A DNA stretch of 64,000 bases from Phyllosticta citribraziliensis (Eukaryota): positions 310,001-374,000 of the forward strand of contig NW_027117344.1 in the NCBI RefSeq assembly GCF_038025025.1, read 5' to 3'. Both the position numbers and the translations under genes were made by a program. Under the pieces are notes generated by a model that was given only the letters and a program-made list of their open reading frames with translations, had not been told where the DNA came from and searched no databases. Positions 46,967 through 58,632 of the stretch are shown piece by piece; within the stretch, counting starts at the first letter, position 1; the number at the start of each line of letters is the position of its first letter.

Positions 46967-48200
46967 TCAGTCGCCGTCCAAAAGCTTCCGCCCAAAGATC
47001 CAAAGAGCACTGCAAAGTCTTCATCAACAAGATGCTGAGGTTTTGGCAAGTCTTGCAAGTCTGGCAAGTCGCAACATCTCTCCATTCGCCATCCCTCATC
47101 GCTGAGCCCCCCCGTTTCTCACCACCCCTCGGTGGACGTCTTATCGAACGATTTAGGCATCCAAATCAAGTCCTCGCACTAGTCCCGCCTGGTGGTAATT
47201 AATTGACATTAATAGGACACCCACCAGGCCGTGCGTGTGGTGTTCTACAAAATCTACACGCGAGATACAAGTCATGTTCTCTCACTGCTACTCCTATATA
47301 GTCACCATACAAAACTATGGGGACAACAAGTAAATTCTTAGTTAAGAAATTTTTAATGCCTTAAGAGGTACCAGAGCATAGGAAACCACTAAATTTATAT
47401 GAGAAAACATGCCCTATAGATGTATAGGTACTTAGAGTTACATTGCTATATTTTAAATTAGGCTGTAAGTGAGTTAGTAAATGCCTAATAAAATACTACT
47501 TGAAAGACCCACCGCCACTCTACGCCACCTTGTATGGCCTAGTAGGTGTCCTATTTAAGTCAATTAATCACCACCAGGCGGGACTAGTGTGAGGACTTGA
47601 TTTAGACGCCTAAATTATTTAATAAGATGTCTACTACAGGGTGGTAGTGATTAGCGGCGCTCATTGCTGATTTATACTAATCTGCTGCCCTTAGCCTCTC
47701 TTAGAGCTTCTTTAATAATTAGGGGGATAAGGTCCCTTGTCGAATCTATAAAGGAATTATTAAGGTGATGAGTATAAAAAGTTGGTAAAAAAGCTCTAAT
47801 TGTCTGAATGTAAGTGGAGAGTAGAAGTAGTAGAGGAAGATGCGGAAAGAGACGCGTTGCTTGCAATTTGACTTTATAACATTTCTATCTGGGCTGCTGC
47901 ACAGAGTAGGGGTCATGCCATATAGCAGTTTATAACTGCCTAAGCTGTCCAGCTCGCAAATGGGTCCTGTTATCTTTTCTGCCCGCAGGCGCCGTTTCGG
48001 TAAGGTTCTTATTAATCTTGTCTCACAGTTTTGAACAACTCTTGACTCAGGGGCACTAATAGCCCACATCTCTACAATAAGGTTAGGAAGACACATTTAT
48101 ATTCCAACTGTATCTGCTTCAGCCGTTGAACTGGCCAAGATACTTGTCTGAACTAGAGGCTGTCCCCATTTTATCTTTTAAATCTTGATTATCATGGGCC
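46967..48200 (-). pseudogene. Degenerate unidentified gene interrupted by the MITE
   Basis: Removing the element and one target-site copy joins ...IIKEALREAKGSRLV*ISDEGWRMERCCDLPD...GGSFLDGD* in one frame. Many stops upstream and AT-rich. 5' limit uncertain. Confidence 0.4.
47106..47660. mobile_element. Non-autonomous Mutator-like (MULE) MITE, ~555 bp
   Basis: ~130 bp inverted repeats at ~47106-47242 and ~47523-47660 share AAATCAAGTCCTCRCACTAGTCCCGCCTGGTGGTRATTAATTGAC. Flanking direct repeat TCATCGCTGA (47096-47105) / TCATTGCTGA (47661-47670). AT-rich non-coding interior. Confidence 0.85.
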
Positions 48201-48239
48201 CCCTACAACATCTAATAAGCAAACGAGGTTTGACGCAGC

Positions 48240-48858
48240 CTTTCTCGCGGCTATTAATGTGCGCCTAGGTCTGGTAGCCCTTCTAGTCTGCAGGCCTTTC
48301 GCAACAGTCCCAGTAGAATCCTTTGGGGTGCTTTTCGAAATTCTCCTTGGTCGTCATATGTCTGGGATTGCTTCCTTGTCAACAGTATTGTTTCCAGTAC
48401 AGCTGTTCATAGTCGATTTTACCTGTTAGATTAAATAAGCGGTAGTTCTGCATAGCCAGGCCAATCGTACCGATGTGATAGTGACAGGCTTCCTTGTTGT
48501 TTTATATGACATCACATTCTTTACGGCAGGTATAGCAGATTGTGTATCGCTCTGTCTTCCTACTCAAGTTAGGAGTTCCAGGTGATGCAACTTCCGCCGA
48601 CGCTTCTTGAGCTTGTGTCGTTTCTTCTAGTGCTGAGTCCGACGACTCTGTCTCCGAAAGTTCTGCGTCCGACCCCCATAGAGAGTTGAGATACTTGCTG
48701 TAGGGTTTCGAAACTTCTAACTTGTTGACCACGAACCAAGATTCAACGTAGCTATGTGTTTCTGGGTGTTCATTATACATGTGAACAACCATCTCCCTGA
48801 GCTGTTCTTGGTCGGCCTTATTTAAGGGTTCTTGAAGGATAGGAGGGAAGCGATCCAT
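48240..48858 (-). pseudogene. RIP-inactivated copy of the zinc-finger family (copy B)
   Basis: PLNKADQEQLREMV..RYTICYTCRKECDVI*NNKEACHYHIG; intron 48470-48423; ..HPKGFYWDCCERPAD*KGYQT*AH. Frame intact but stops at 48504, 48381, 48285 and 48267, and a conserved Cys is Tyr. Confidence 0.85.
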
Positions 48859-49338
48859 TTCAGGGTGGTTCTACGTCGATTTTGGCTTTGCAGTTTGGAG
48901 GAATGATTCAGGAAAGATGCCTTGAACGAGTCTGCAACTTAAAGATGCGAGACGCTTAGGTATAGACTGCAGGCGGGGAAGACGCGTTTAAAACTTCCGA
49001 GCCTGCTGATCGTGGGGCAGACCCATTGCTCGTGTCGCGTACTTTAACCACCAGTTGGACAGGGTTCATGGTGATCATGTCATAGTAGATGGTAGACGAC
49101 AGAAGCGGTGAGTCCTGCAACTCTGCAAGCACGTCAATAAAGACCGGCTCGATATTCAAATTGCAAGAAGCTCATACATTTCTGCGTCTTACTCCAACAG
49201 TGCTTTGACATGCGCTTGACTGAGTCGTTCAAACCAAGCAGAACAAAGTCGGACAGAAATTGTGTGAGAAGGGACTCAACAAGGAGAAACAAACCACAGC
49301 GCTCACCCACCGCCTCCGCCCTTGCAGATGCACCACAT

Positions 49339-50545
49339 TCACCTGCAGCATCTGAAACAACGAAGAATGCAACAACCTCCGGCCGACGTTCGAAGTTGGA
49401 GCGCACTATAACTGACTGCATTGGGCCAGGCGCAGTAGTAGTAGTAGCAGCACCCACACCGACAAGAAGCGCGGTCGGGTTGCACGCGCCTCGACGTGAT
49501 GCTGTAAGCCTGACCGCTCCACCGCCCAAACGGTGCCTTTTGCGGCAGAGACAGGTCCGACGCATCCGTGTTCCTGTGCTTGCAAGGGTTAGAGGGGAAG
49601 TCATGCAGCGCGTCTTCTCCGTGGCCGCGTAGCAATGAAGTGGTGCTCTCTTCTCCCTCTGTTTGGTAATCTGCAGGCGCGGTTCTATTGGCAGAGTTCC
49701 TTGTTAGCATGGGTGCATTTCGTGTACGAACTTTTATCGCGCTCTAAGGATTCGATGCTTTCAGGTGGGGAAGAGGGCCATTCGCTTTGGACGTCGTCGG
49801 TGTCGTCGGTTGTCGATTCTGTACACAGAGGCGACGATGAATATTCCGTACTCCCTTCGTCGGAACTCTCGATCTCTGACCCCTCGACCTCAGATTCGCT
49901 GCTGTCGTCGTCAACGGCGTGTTGTGAAGAGTCACTGCTCGAGTCGCTGCCCAGATCACTGGCGGAGGACACGCGTCGGTCAAGCTCTTCTCCATTCTTC
50001 CGTTGATTCACCAACTCTTCGAAAATGTCATTCGTGAGGCAAGAAGCCGTCATTCCATGACCCTGGTCGACATCAAAGAGGTCCCAGCGCACAATGGCCC
50101 TTGTCATTGAAAGGTAGGCATCTTTCAACATCTTTATCGCGTGCCGAGTTTGGTCTGCTTTGTTTGACAAGTCATCCTCATCGGGGTCCGGTTGCGTGTC
50201 TCCTGCTTCTGTCTCGTCGTCCGATAAAACGTCATCTTCAGAGGAGGTAGAATTGTACCCTGAATCACCAGATTCCGACACGTCGTCTACGTTCTCATGA
50301 TCAAGATTTTCTTGTAACCTCGTTCTCATGGCTTCGGAAGCAACGTTTTGAAACACGATGAGCGCTTTTGCGTGGAGTATCTCCAGACGCTGCTCGTCCC
50401 CGCGCTTGAAGTACGAGATGAACAGCTTTGACATGCCGACCAGTTTGTACCAGTCACCAAGCCATCGATCCATGTAGCGATACAGGACGGTCTCGACCGG
50501 CAATTCGTTCTGTCACATTTCTTCCATTTCCGCCTGAGTCAACAT
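49339..50545 (-). pseudogene. Acidic Ser/Asp/Glu-rich hypothetical gene with an early in-frame TGA
   Basis: ATG 50545 gives MLTQAEMEEM*QNELPVETVLY.. in frame with ORF 49685-50503. A plausible short intron ~49726-49685 (GTACAC..GCTAAC..TAG) joins ORF 49339-49710. Confidence 0.45.
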
Positions 50546-51002
50546 GATGGTGAAGTGCGGCTGTGAGAGCAGGAACAGCTTCGCGATAATGGTCAAGGTA
50601 CTAGGATTGAAGGACCGCGAACGCAACGCGTAAGACAAGCGACGCGTGGGCTAGCGCGTATCGAAAGAAATTGCGGAAGCGAAGAAACTCGAAGGCAACG
50701 AGGCGTGCAGAAGCGAGGGGATTCGAGTTTCGGATGTGGCCAAGAAAGCGATTGACGCGGGACGGAGACGATCCAATCGATGCAGCTCGACAGTTTGACA
50801 CTGTTGTTTTGGAAGCGTTGCTCTACGCCGTGGAGTTTTTGCAGATTGGACAACAGTTCCAGCTTCGGACCGAATACATTGCCCAATTGGGAAGGGTAAA
50901 AGGTCTCCTTCACTGCGACGTCTTGGTGCTGCCACAGAGATCTAGCGGTCCAGAATCTCGAATCCCGGTTACGCACTGCTAAGAGATCGCATGGTGGTCG
51001 TC

Positions 51003-51495
51003 TTAAAATTTCGAGCCCAACTTTTGAGAATTGCCTGCCCAAGCTTCGGAGTCGGCCTCATGATAGTCAGCTGTGCAACCTTTTGACTCTCCATCTTGAC
51101 CACAGCAAGTCCACTCGAATCCTTCTGGGTATATGCCTCTCATGTAGGGAGTGTCGACGTCCAAGTCCGTATCGTCCCAGAACCCGCAGTACCAATTTGG
51201 TGCAAGTTGACCTGGCGAACGTAAGCCTGTGCTTCATCATTCTCCTTGAACTTGAGCTACCGGTATGCCGAAGACAGGTCTTGGCGTTGAAGTGTCTGGA
51301 GTCGAATCGTCCATCACATTTCCTGCAGACTGCGCACACAACGGGTTCGAGAGTGTCTGGTACGGCAACAATCGGGACGATGGGTGCCTTGTTTCCATTC
51401 GAAGGAATTTGGCCTTTGGCGCGCTGACAACGGAGACAAGAGAACCGCTTGACAAATGCGTCGCACTTGCTCAACAAGTTTTTGAATTTCAACAT
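51003..51495 (-). CDS. Zinc-finger family copy C (C-terminal domain intact; N-terminus degenerate, start uncertain)
   Basis: AVCRKCDGRFDSRHFNAKTCLRHTG; intron 51260-51212; FWDDTDLDVDTPYMRGIYPEGFEWTCCGQDGESKGCTADYH. Confidence 0.7.
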
Positions 51496-52548
51496 GGGCT
51501 GAGAGACGTTAAGAGAGACGGCATTAGGGTCGCAATCGGGAGCTAGGCTCAAAGACGACAGTGTCGACAGTTCGTTCCCGTCTTTATGACTTCCACAAAC
51601 TCCCTGTGGTCTGTATGCACACACGGTTGTGTATTAAGCGAGACTATTGTTTCCCACTCGGAGCTCTCGATTGAGATGTCACAATCCTTTGTGTCTATCC
51701 AAGTTTTGGCTGCGATCCTGTCTTTCTCTGGCCTCGGAAGCTCTAAATTACATGCCGGCACAGAACCTTATCTGCAGGAATGTATGCGTTGAATGTTCGA
51801 GGAGGATCAGCGGAGGAAATGCGCGCTCCCTGAACGGATCGTGGACAAACCGTGGGCGAACAGGTCGAGCGCAGTTGCGCAGCAAACCCACTGATAAAGT
51901 AGCAGAGAATGGCAGCGCCTAGTTTGCTACTTCCCATGTTTAGACACTCTGACATGAGCCAGCATCACATGCGAGGAATGTACAACGTTGTACCAAAAAA
52001 GCCCATGGTAATTCCCAATCTGGTCACACGTTTGGTTGTTGATGATAGAAGCAGCAAGGTTGACGGTTTCTTGGTCCCCTGGCAGCTGATAAGCAGTGTA
52101 AGACAATGATCTGCTGCAAAAGTTTTGGATAAGTCTCGGGCCTTGCCGCGTTGACTTTGCGCGTGAAAGAGTACAAGGATTTCTTTGGTTTTTCAATCTT
52201 CCTTCTGCCGATCAGGTCGCGACTCCAATCACCTCTCTCGAATCCATCTGGACCTCAACTGACCAGCCTCATTTCGAACAAGACCGCTGTTGCGATCCAC
52301 CAGTTTTCTTGGTGCTAGGATCTTGGAGTCAGCAGGACCACAAATCCACATTCGAGCCAAGGAAAAATTCCCAGTTCGCCGCTTTTGCAATCGCCAAGCC
52401 TGATTAAACGCCATAATCCAATGCAGTCATCCCGGGTCATTGCTTTGGTGTGCAACGTACGGCATCGGAGGGGTCGTAAGGTGATTGGAATGTAAAAAGC
52501 ATTCCGCCGTTCCCGTTGCGCTCCTCTCGCGAAGCCCTTGCGCGAGCC

Positions 52549-53139
52549 TCATGAATCTACTCTCAGTTTCTTGCAGGACACATCGCGTGCGGTGTGTGGT
52601 CCTCTCCGACAGGCTGGCGAGTCGCCACGACAACCGCAGCCACTCCATACCCAACCGTTTGGATTTTCCTGCCGATGACGCTCTCTGTCGACAAGTCCGA
52701 AAGTGTCTTCGCAGTGATCGTCCCAGAGTTCGTTTTCAATGTCGGCTTCGAGGTATCCTATGCTATTGTCAGCGCGTTTCCGCCACGGTTGCACCATGTC
52801 AAGCTAACCCTCGTGCCACGTGCAATCGCCATGATTATTATGCAACGTCTCGAATTCCTTTCCGCATGTTCCACAAATCGAATAACGGATAAACGGTCTT
52901 TTGTTCGGCGAACTGGCCTTCCTGCCCATGGGTGGCGCGATGGAGATGACGGCTGGAGCGACCTGGTGCGCCTCGTACCCAAAGGGAACATCTTCGCTGC
53001 TGCTCCTAGAATCAACCAGCAACTCGATGCCAACAAGGTCGCGCGCAATCGCTGATCTCTCGCAAATGTTCTTCAGGGTAAGGCGAAGCCTGTCAGGGTC
53101 GGCGTAATCGATGGCCTCCATGAGCGAACGGGACGTCAT
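52549..53139 (-). CDS. Zinc-finger family copy D (intact)
   Basis: AIDYADPDRLRLTLKNICERS..LL; RYSICGTCGKEFETLHN..DCTWHEG; intron 52808-52758; LWDDHCEDTFG..NPNGWVWSGCGCRGDSPACRRGPH. Confidence 0.85.
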
Positions 53140-54614
53140 GGCGGGAAGATGATAAGAATGCCGGGTAGGAAGGAGCGTAAGTCGGAGCGGTCAAGGAGCC
53201 GAGAATGAGGGGCGATGAATAGAAGGATGTGATGGCAGCGTCTTGCTAGTTTCCAGCTGGACGCAGACCTGTTTGTCGGTGGTGGATTAGAGACGAAGTT
53301 GTTCCGTAGGTGCCTGGGCGTTCTGAAACGCACTCATATATGTGAAAGCCGGCAGGGCGACTGGCGTCAATTGTGAGCCATAGTACCAGACGTGTCTGCA
53401 CTGTGGCTTGGACGCTGCGAGAGGGCGGCGGTGTCAGTGGAGGGGTTGGTAAAGTCCGAAGCCGCTGTTGAGCGGAGGCCGACTGGACTTTGGGGGAGAC
53501 GCGCCATCACGCTACTAATGATCGACGCTGGGATCTCTCGCTTACCACTTTAAACTCAACGACCTTCCTTGGTTCCCCTCTCATCACTTCAACAACACGG
53601 GACACATGTCGCGATTGCTGCACTTCTACTTCCCATGCTTCGGCTACGAACTTCAACACGCTGGCTTTCACCAACCTTCGAGCTGCGTCCTGCAATTCAA
53701 CATCCCAACAACGAAAACACATTTTCTATTATGCACTGTGTCCCATGGCGGAGAGCCTTTCATCCTCTCAACATGACTTTGAGCTTGCAATGGGTCGAAG
53801 TCCCCAGACTGCTCAGATTCAACATTACCGTATCGAGGACTGACCCGAGCCTGAGTCCTCCGCAGCACCTCCGACAGCCAAGGAGAAGCCATCCCTGTCT
53901 AGCAGCACCTGCCAGCTCCAGCTTGCCGTCATACCTAAGCTTATCACCAACGCACATGAATTGCAGGGAAGACCCCAATGCGACATCACTACACGTTCCA
54001 TCAGTGAACCGGCCACCAGGCAGCTACCTGCACCGAATTCGTGTCGCGACAGTCGCAAAATATTCTTCCGCGGCTACAAGTCCACTTGAAATGCGTACCA
54101 ACCTTCTCGGCTCTACCTGAATATCTCTGCCGAGCCACTATGTTTCAAATCGATCAATCCGATCACCCTAACCAGTACTCCAAACGTTACCATTGATATC
54201 CTTGCCAATGGCTCAGATAGATGGACAGTCGGATACTCATCCTTCCTCCAAGCGTTCGTCGACACTGATGCTTTCCATTTTTGAGCGTCTTAACAAGAGA
54301 TTTGTGAAGAAAGCGGACATCCACGCTTGCTTTTACGGTGTTGTCAAGTCGGCCTGGTGCTCAAAATTCAACATGTCACTTCTCGCGTTCAGAAACAGTG
54401 CGATTCTGGGGATTGAGACAACAATCTACCTACGGCTCGGCCCCCTAGTTGTCTACTTGATGTCTTGCAGTCTCCCGAAATCAAGGTCTGCTCCCCTGCG
54501 AAGGCCTTGGCGCCGGTGTGTTGGTCGTCGATATACCTAAGTTCTCCTCTTCAAGTTCCTCTTGTACATCCACTTTCGTCATTATTCTTACCTCTTCTCA
54601 AATCACCCTTCACA

Positions 54615-55833
54615 ATGGCGGACTCCAAGCAAACTGAACCGGCCAAGAAGGACCCGAAGAACGACATTAACAATGTGCCCTATGAAGCTCCCCTGAATTT
54701 CGACCTGCCTCCCATCGAATGGATCGCGGCCAAGAACTATCGGGGGATGAACGACAACAGCACAGTTTCGATTCCAACAGCCGACCTGTCCGGAAAATGG
54801 GTCATCATCAGCGGTTCCAACAGCGGCATTGGGCGTGAAGCGGCTCTCACGATGGCCTCCTGGGGTGCCAACATTATCCTCGCCTGCCGGGAACCACGTC
54901 CAACCGAGGAGCATCCTGAAAGCGTGGCCGCCACATGCATCCAGGCTGCACGAGACGCCGGGTACGAAAAATCGGAAGTTGAATATTGGCAAATCGACAT
55001 GGCAGACCTCGAGACTGTGGACAAGTTCGCCCAGCGTTGGCTTGACACTGGACGACCGCTCGACATTCTCTGCAATAATGCTGGTATCGGGGACAACCCA
55101 GGCGGTCACGAGATGATCAGAACCAAAGATGGGCTCGAGATTTTCCATCAGGCAAGTCTTGACTGAGTTTGTGTGTTGTAACTCCTTCACTAACGCCGAA
55201 TCATAGGTCAACTTCCTCTCTCACGTCTTGCTTACTCTTCGTCTGCTCCCAGCGATTGCCAAGGCGACTGCACCCCGCATCATTTGCACGACGAGCTGCT
55301 TCCACTACCTGGGCACCTTCAATCTTGAAGACTGCAACGGCGACATCGGCATGTGCGGGCCCTCGGGCATCCTCTACTACCGAAACAATAAGCTTTTCAT
55401 GCAAATCTGGCAAGCGGAGCTGCAGCGTCGGCTACTTCAACACGAGCAGTATAAGCACATCACCGTCCAAGGCGTGCACCCCGGCTACGTCTTCTCGGGC
55501 CTGTGGAATATGAACTATGCCTCGTTCATGCGCCCAATCAAGCAACTGTTGCTCAAATACTACGTCTGGAGGTACGGCATTTCGCAGCAGCAGGGCGGGC
55601 TGGCGCTTGTCAACGCGGCGACTGCCCCGGAGGCTGGACCGGACCCGAAGGTTCAGGGCGTCGGACAAGAGGGCGGGAGAGGCGGTGGGAGGTATTGGCA
55701 TCGCATCTGGGAGGACGAGCCGATGCCGCACATCCTCGACCCGGATTGTCGGTGTCGCCTATGGAGGAAGGTCAATGACGAGCTGAATTTGAAGGAGAAG
55801 GGTCTGTTGGATGTTTTGGGCGTTGAGATGTAA
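54615..55833 (+). CDS. Short-chain dehydrogenase/reductase (retinol-DH/WWOX-like)
   Basis: DLSGKWVIISGSNSGIGREAA, LDILCNNAGI, KDGLEIFHQ|VNFLSH across GC-AG intron 55152-55206, YxxxK (YRNNK), VHPGYV. Confidence 0.92.
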
Positions 55834-56335
55834 GAAAACTTTGTTCTTCTGGCTGACTTGCACGAGGCTCGTCTGCGCTGGGCCCGACTGCGCTGTGCCG
55901 CGGCTGTCAGATTGCAAGCTATTTTCCCTAGGAGTTCGGATGGGAACCGAAAACAGATTGAACTTAACACGAACAAAATTGTGCAATGAACTTGTGGCAA
56001 CAGTCTTCATGAACAACATCTAAGGCAGCGCCTCTATCTCGTCATCGTTAAATCTTGATGCCTATAGACCACGTTGCTGCCTCTGCCGCAAATCTAGGCT
56101 CCGAAAGAAAGCCACGCACAACCAAGTTCGAGTGAGTCAACAGGTATCCCATCTGGTTCAGAAGAACAGAGTGAGTTAAGCTGGACGACGTTCACAGATC
56201 ACAAAGTTGACCCGGCAGCGCACACTCCTTTTAACTTTCTGCCTTTACTCATGAATTCCAGCCGGCGCAATGTGGACAAGTGAGAAGACTGACGGAATTG
56301 TCAATATAAATACTAGAATATCCACGCAAGGGGCA

Positions 56336-56408
56336 CATCCGCATGAAGGGAGCGTCCGCGTGAAGGGAGCGTCTGAGTGATGGGAGCATCCGAGTGGTGG
56401 GAACGTCC
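56336..56408 (+). repeat. 17-bp minisatellite, about 4.3 copies, upstream of the HET gene
   Basis: CATCCGCATGAAGGGAG / CGTCCGCGTGAAGGGAG / CGTCTGAGTGATGGGAG / CATCCGAGTGGTGGGAA / CGTCC. Confidence 0.85.
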
Positions 56409-56645
56409 ATGCACAAGAAGCAATCGCTAGGCCTTCTTGCTGACAGTTACCTTTTCAGGGGCAGCGGCTCAAGGTGTGATGTGATAGGCCCTCGCTATCC
56501 CACGTCAGGGGTGATAGAGGTGGGGGCGAAAACCGCACGTGGCCGCAATGTCAGCAATGCTAGTGGGCTGGTTTTCCATCAGCCTCAGCGACTTCTCATC
56601 CACTTCGTGTCCTCGACTTTACAGCTGCCATTTCCCTATCACAAC

Positions 56646-58556
56646 ATGGTCGGCTGTGGACCGGTACTGAACTGTCAACATGCCTATGCTCACAATAGGC
56701 AGCACTCGTTCACTCAATCTGCTCGCTCATCATTGCTTGCTATTGATCCTCCCACTCGCCCACCCGGATCCCCAAGACCAGCTTTTGAGAATCCTCCCTC
56801 TTATCAACCTCTGATCAACTGGAAGGCTTTGATATCATTCTTGAATGAGGACACATCGCCACCTAAACTGGATCCGCTACCCCAGGGATTTCGCCTCATT
56901 GATGTCGAACACCAGAATGTGGTTCGAATCCGAACACCGCGAGACTACAGCTGTCTGAGTTACGTCTGGGGCGACGTCAGTGGATTTCAGGCGGCAACCG
57001 CAAATATTGAGATGCTCTCAAAGGCTGGGGCACTTGACGACCCAGGATTACCAGCAACAATCCGAGATGCAATGATTGCGTGTCGCAGATTGGGCCAAAG
57101 GTACCTCTGGGTGGATCGGTTATGCATTCTTCAAGATGACCCCGACGGCACAAAGCAGATTCATATCGACGAAATGGGTCGTATCTACAGCCATGCATTC
57201 GTCACCCTTATAGCTCACGAAGGTGCAGATGCAGGGCATGGTCTACGTGGCGTCTCTGACCATTTCGTGCTAAGTTCTTGGAACGGTCAGAGAAACTCGT
57301 TCAAGGAGACGAAATGGGAGAATCGCGGCTGGACGTACCAGGAGGCTATGCTCTCTCGCCGACTCATCTATTTCATCGCTGAAGATGCCATATTTGACGG
57401 CAAAGGTCCAAATTCTCACTCGGCGAAGCCGAGTTATCTTCCCAATGCCGCCTTCCATCGAGATCCCGGTTACCACAAGCTTACTTATCGCCAGGCTGTT
57501 TACGTGTATACCGGGCGGGAACTCAGTGACGAGAACGATATCCTGAAAGCCTTCGCTGGTGTTTTCTGTCATTTGTTTGGCCAATATCATAAGTTCGGTC
57601 TTCCCACAAATGCCTTTGATGAAGCAATCGCATGGTGCCCGATCGGCACTTCAAGAAAACGTCGCAAGAGCTTCCCAAGCTGGTCTTGGGCGTCGGTGAC
57701 AGGGAAATCAACCTTTAATCCAAATCCAACCATTTCTGTCGCATCTTGGGCTTTCGTCGATTCTGACCAGCACGAAAACATATCCATGACATGGCCCAGG
57801 CCTTCAGACTTCTCTTTCGAGATACAATACCGTACTCCGTTGGGTTGGGTTTCACCATTTCACTTGCGGCGTTTTCAAATTCCTACTGCAGTTGAATCTT
57901 GCAGACACGGCTGCATGCTAACGACACCGCCCGGACTCGAAGTTGCCGATATGGATTGGACTTCCCTAGGTTTCCGATCCGCTTTCAAGAGAAGATGGCC
58001 CTCGAATAAGAGTTTCTGGGAAGCTTGCCGAGGTATGGAACCAGGCCAAACGCAGCCCTTGCACTTGAGATTGTTTTCTGAACACCAAAAACGACTTGCC
58101 CTGAGACATGGACGCATTCTGGTGCTCTCTCAAACTGCGAATCTCAGCGTCCAGCACTTTTTCGACGAAGGAGAAGACACAGACATAGAGCGTTATCGGA
58201 TACTTGATGGAACCGACGTGGTTGGTGCTGGTTTCTTCGATGTTCCACATGGCCGAGGAGAAGCTCCGGGCAAGATCCGCTTCTTGGCTCTTGCATGTGC
58301 CTTCGAAAAGAAGTTGACGATTTTGTCAGAGGGACGAAGTACAGCCTTCCCTGTAAATCTCGAGCGCAAATATGAGCAATTTGTTGACCAGATACCTGGA
58401 AGTTTCTACATCAACCGCGCAACGGCAGTCGTAAGAGTTCTAGCCATCGAGTCCGCCGAGAAAGATGGTGTACATCGTCGAATTGGTACTGGATTCATCG
58501 TCCTCAAAAGGTGGGCAGAACTACAGCCGATACACCGCACTTTTGTACTTGAGTAA
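56646..58556 (+). CDS. HET-domain (heterokaryon incompatibility, TOL-like) protein, intronless; start codon uncertain
   Basis: FRLIDV, YSCLSYVWG, LPATIRDAM..C..LG.RYLWVDRLCILQDD, MGRIYSHAFVTLIA, W.NRGWTYQE..LSRR, YTGRELS...DIL.AFAG, FPSWSWAS. Confidence 0.92.
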   Translation: MVGCGPVLNCQHAYAHNRQHSFTQSARSSLLAIDPPTRPPGSPRPAFENPPSYQPLINWKALISFLNEDTSPPKLDPLPQGFRLIDVEHQNVVRIRTPRDYSCLSYVWGDVSGFQAATANIEMLSKAGALDDPGLPATIRDAMIACRRLGQRYLWVDRLCILQDDPDGTKQIHIDEMGRIYSHAFVTLIAHEGADAGHGLRGVSDHFVLSSWNGQRNSFKETKWENRGWTYQEAMLSRRLIYFIAEDAIFDGKGPNSHSAKPSYLPNAAFHRDPGYHKLTYRQAVYVYTGRELSDENDILKAFAGVFCHLFGQYHKFGLPTNAFDEAIAWCPIGTSRKRRKSFPSWSWASVTGKSTFNPNPTISVASWAFVDSDQHENISMTWPRPSDFSFEIQYRTPLGWVSPFHLRRFQIPTAVESCRHGCMLTTPPGLEVADMDWTSLGFRSAFKRRWPSNKSFWEACRGMEPGQTQPLHLRLFSEHQKRLALRHGRILVLSQTANLSVQHFFDEGEDTDIERYRILDGTDVVGAGFFDVPHGRGEAPGKIRFLALACAFEKKLTILSEGRSTAFPVNLERKYEQFVDQIPGSFYINRATAVVRVLAIESAEKDGVHRRIGTGFIVLKRWAELQPIHRTFVLE

Positions 58557-58632
58557 CGCCGTTGGACACGGCAATCCCAAACTTGAGACCGCAAGTTGGT
58601 CAGTAAAAGTAGTAATACAGATCTGGGCTGCC

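Noticed and set aside
53490..54540. ORFs between zinc-finger copy D and the SDR
   Set aside because: No domain similarity that I can recognise; likely intergenic or too decayed to call.
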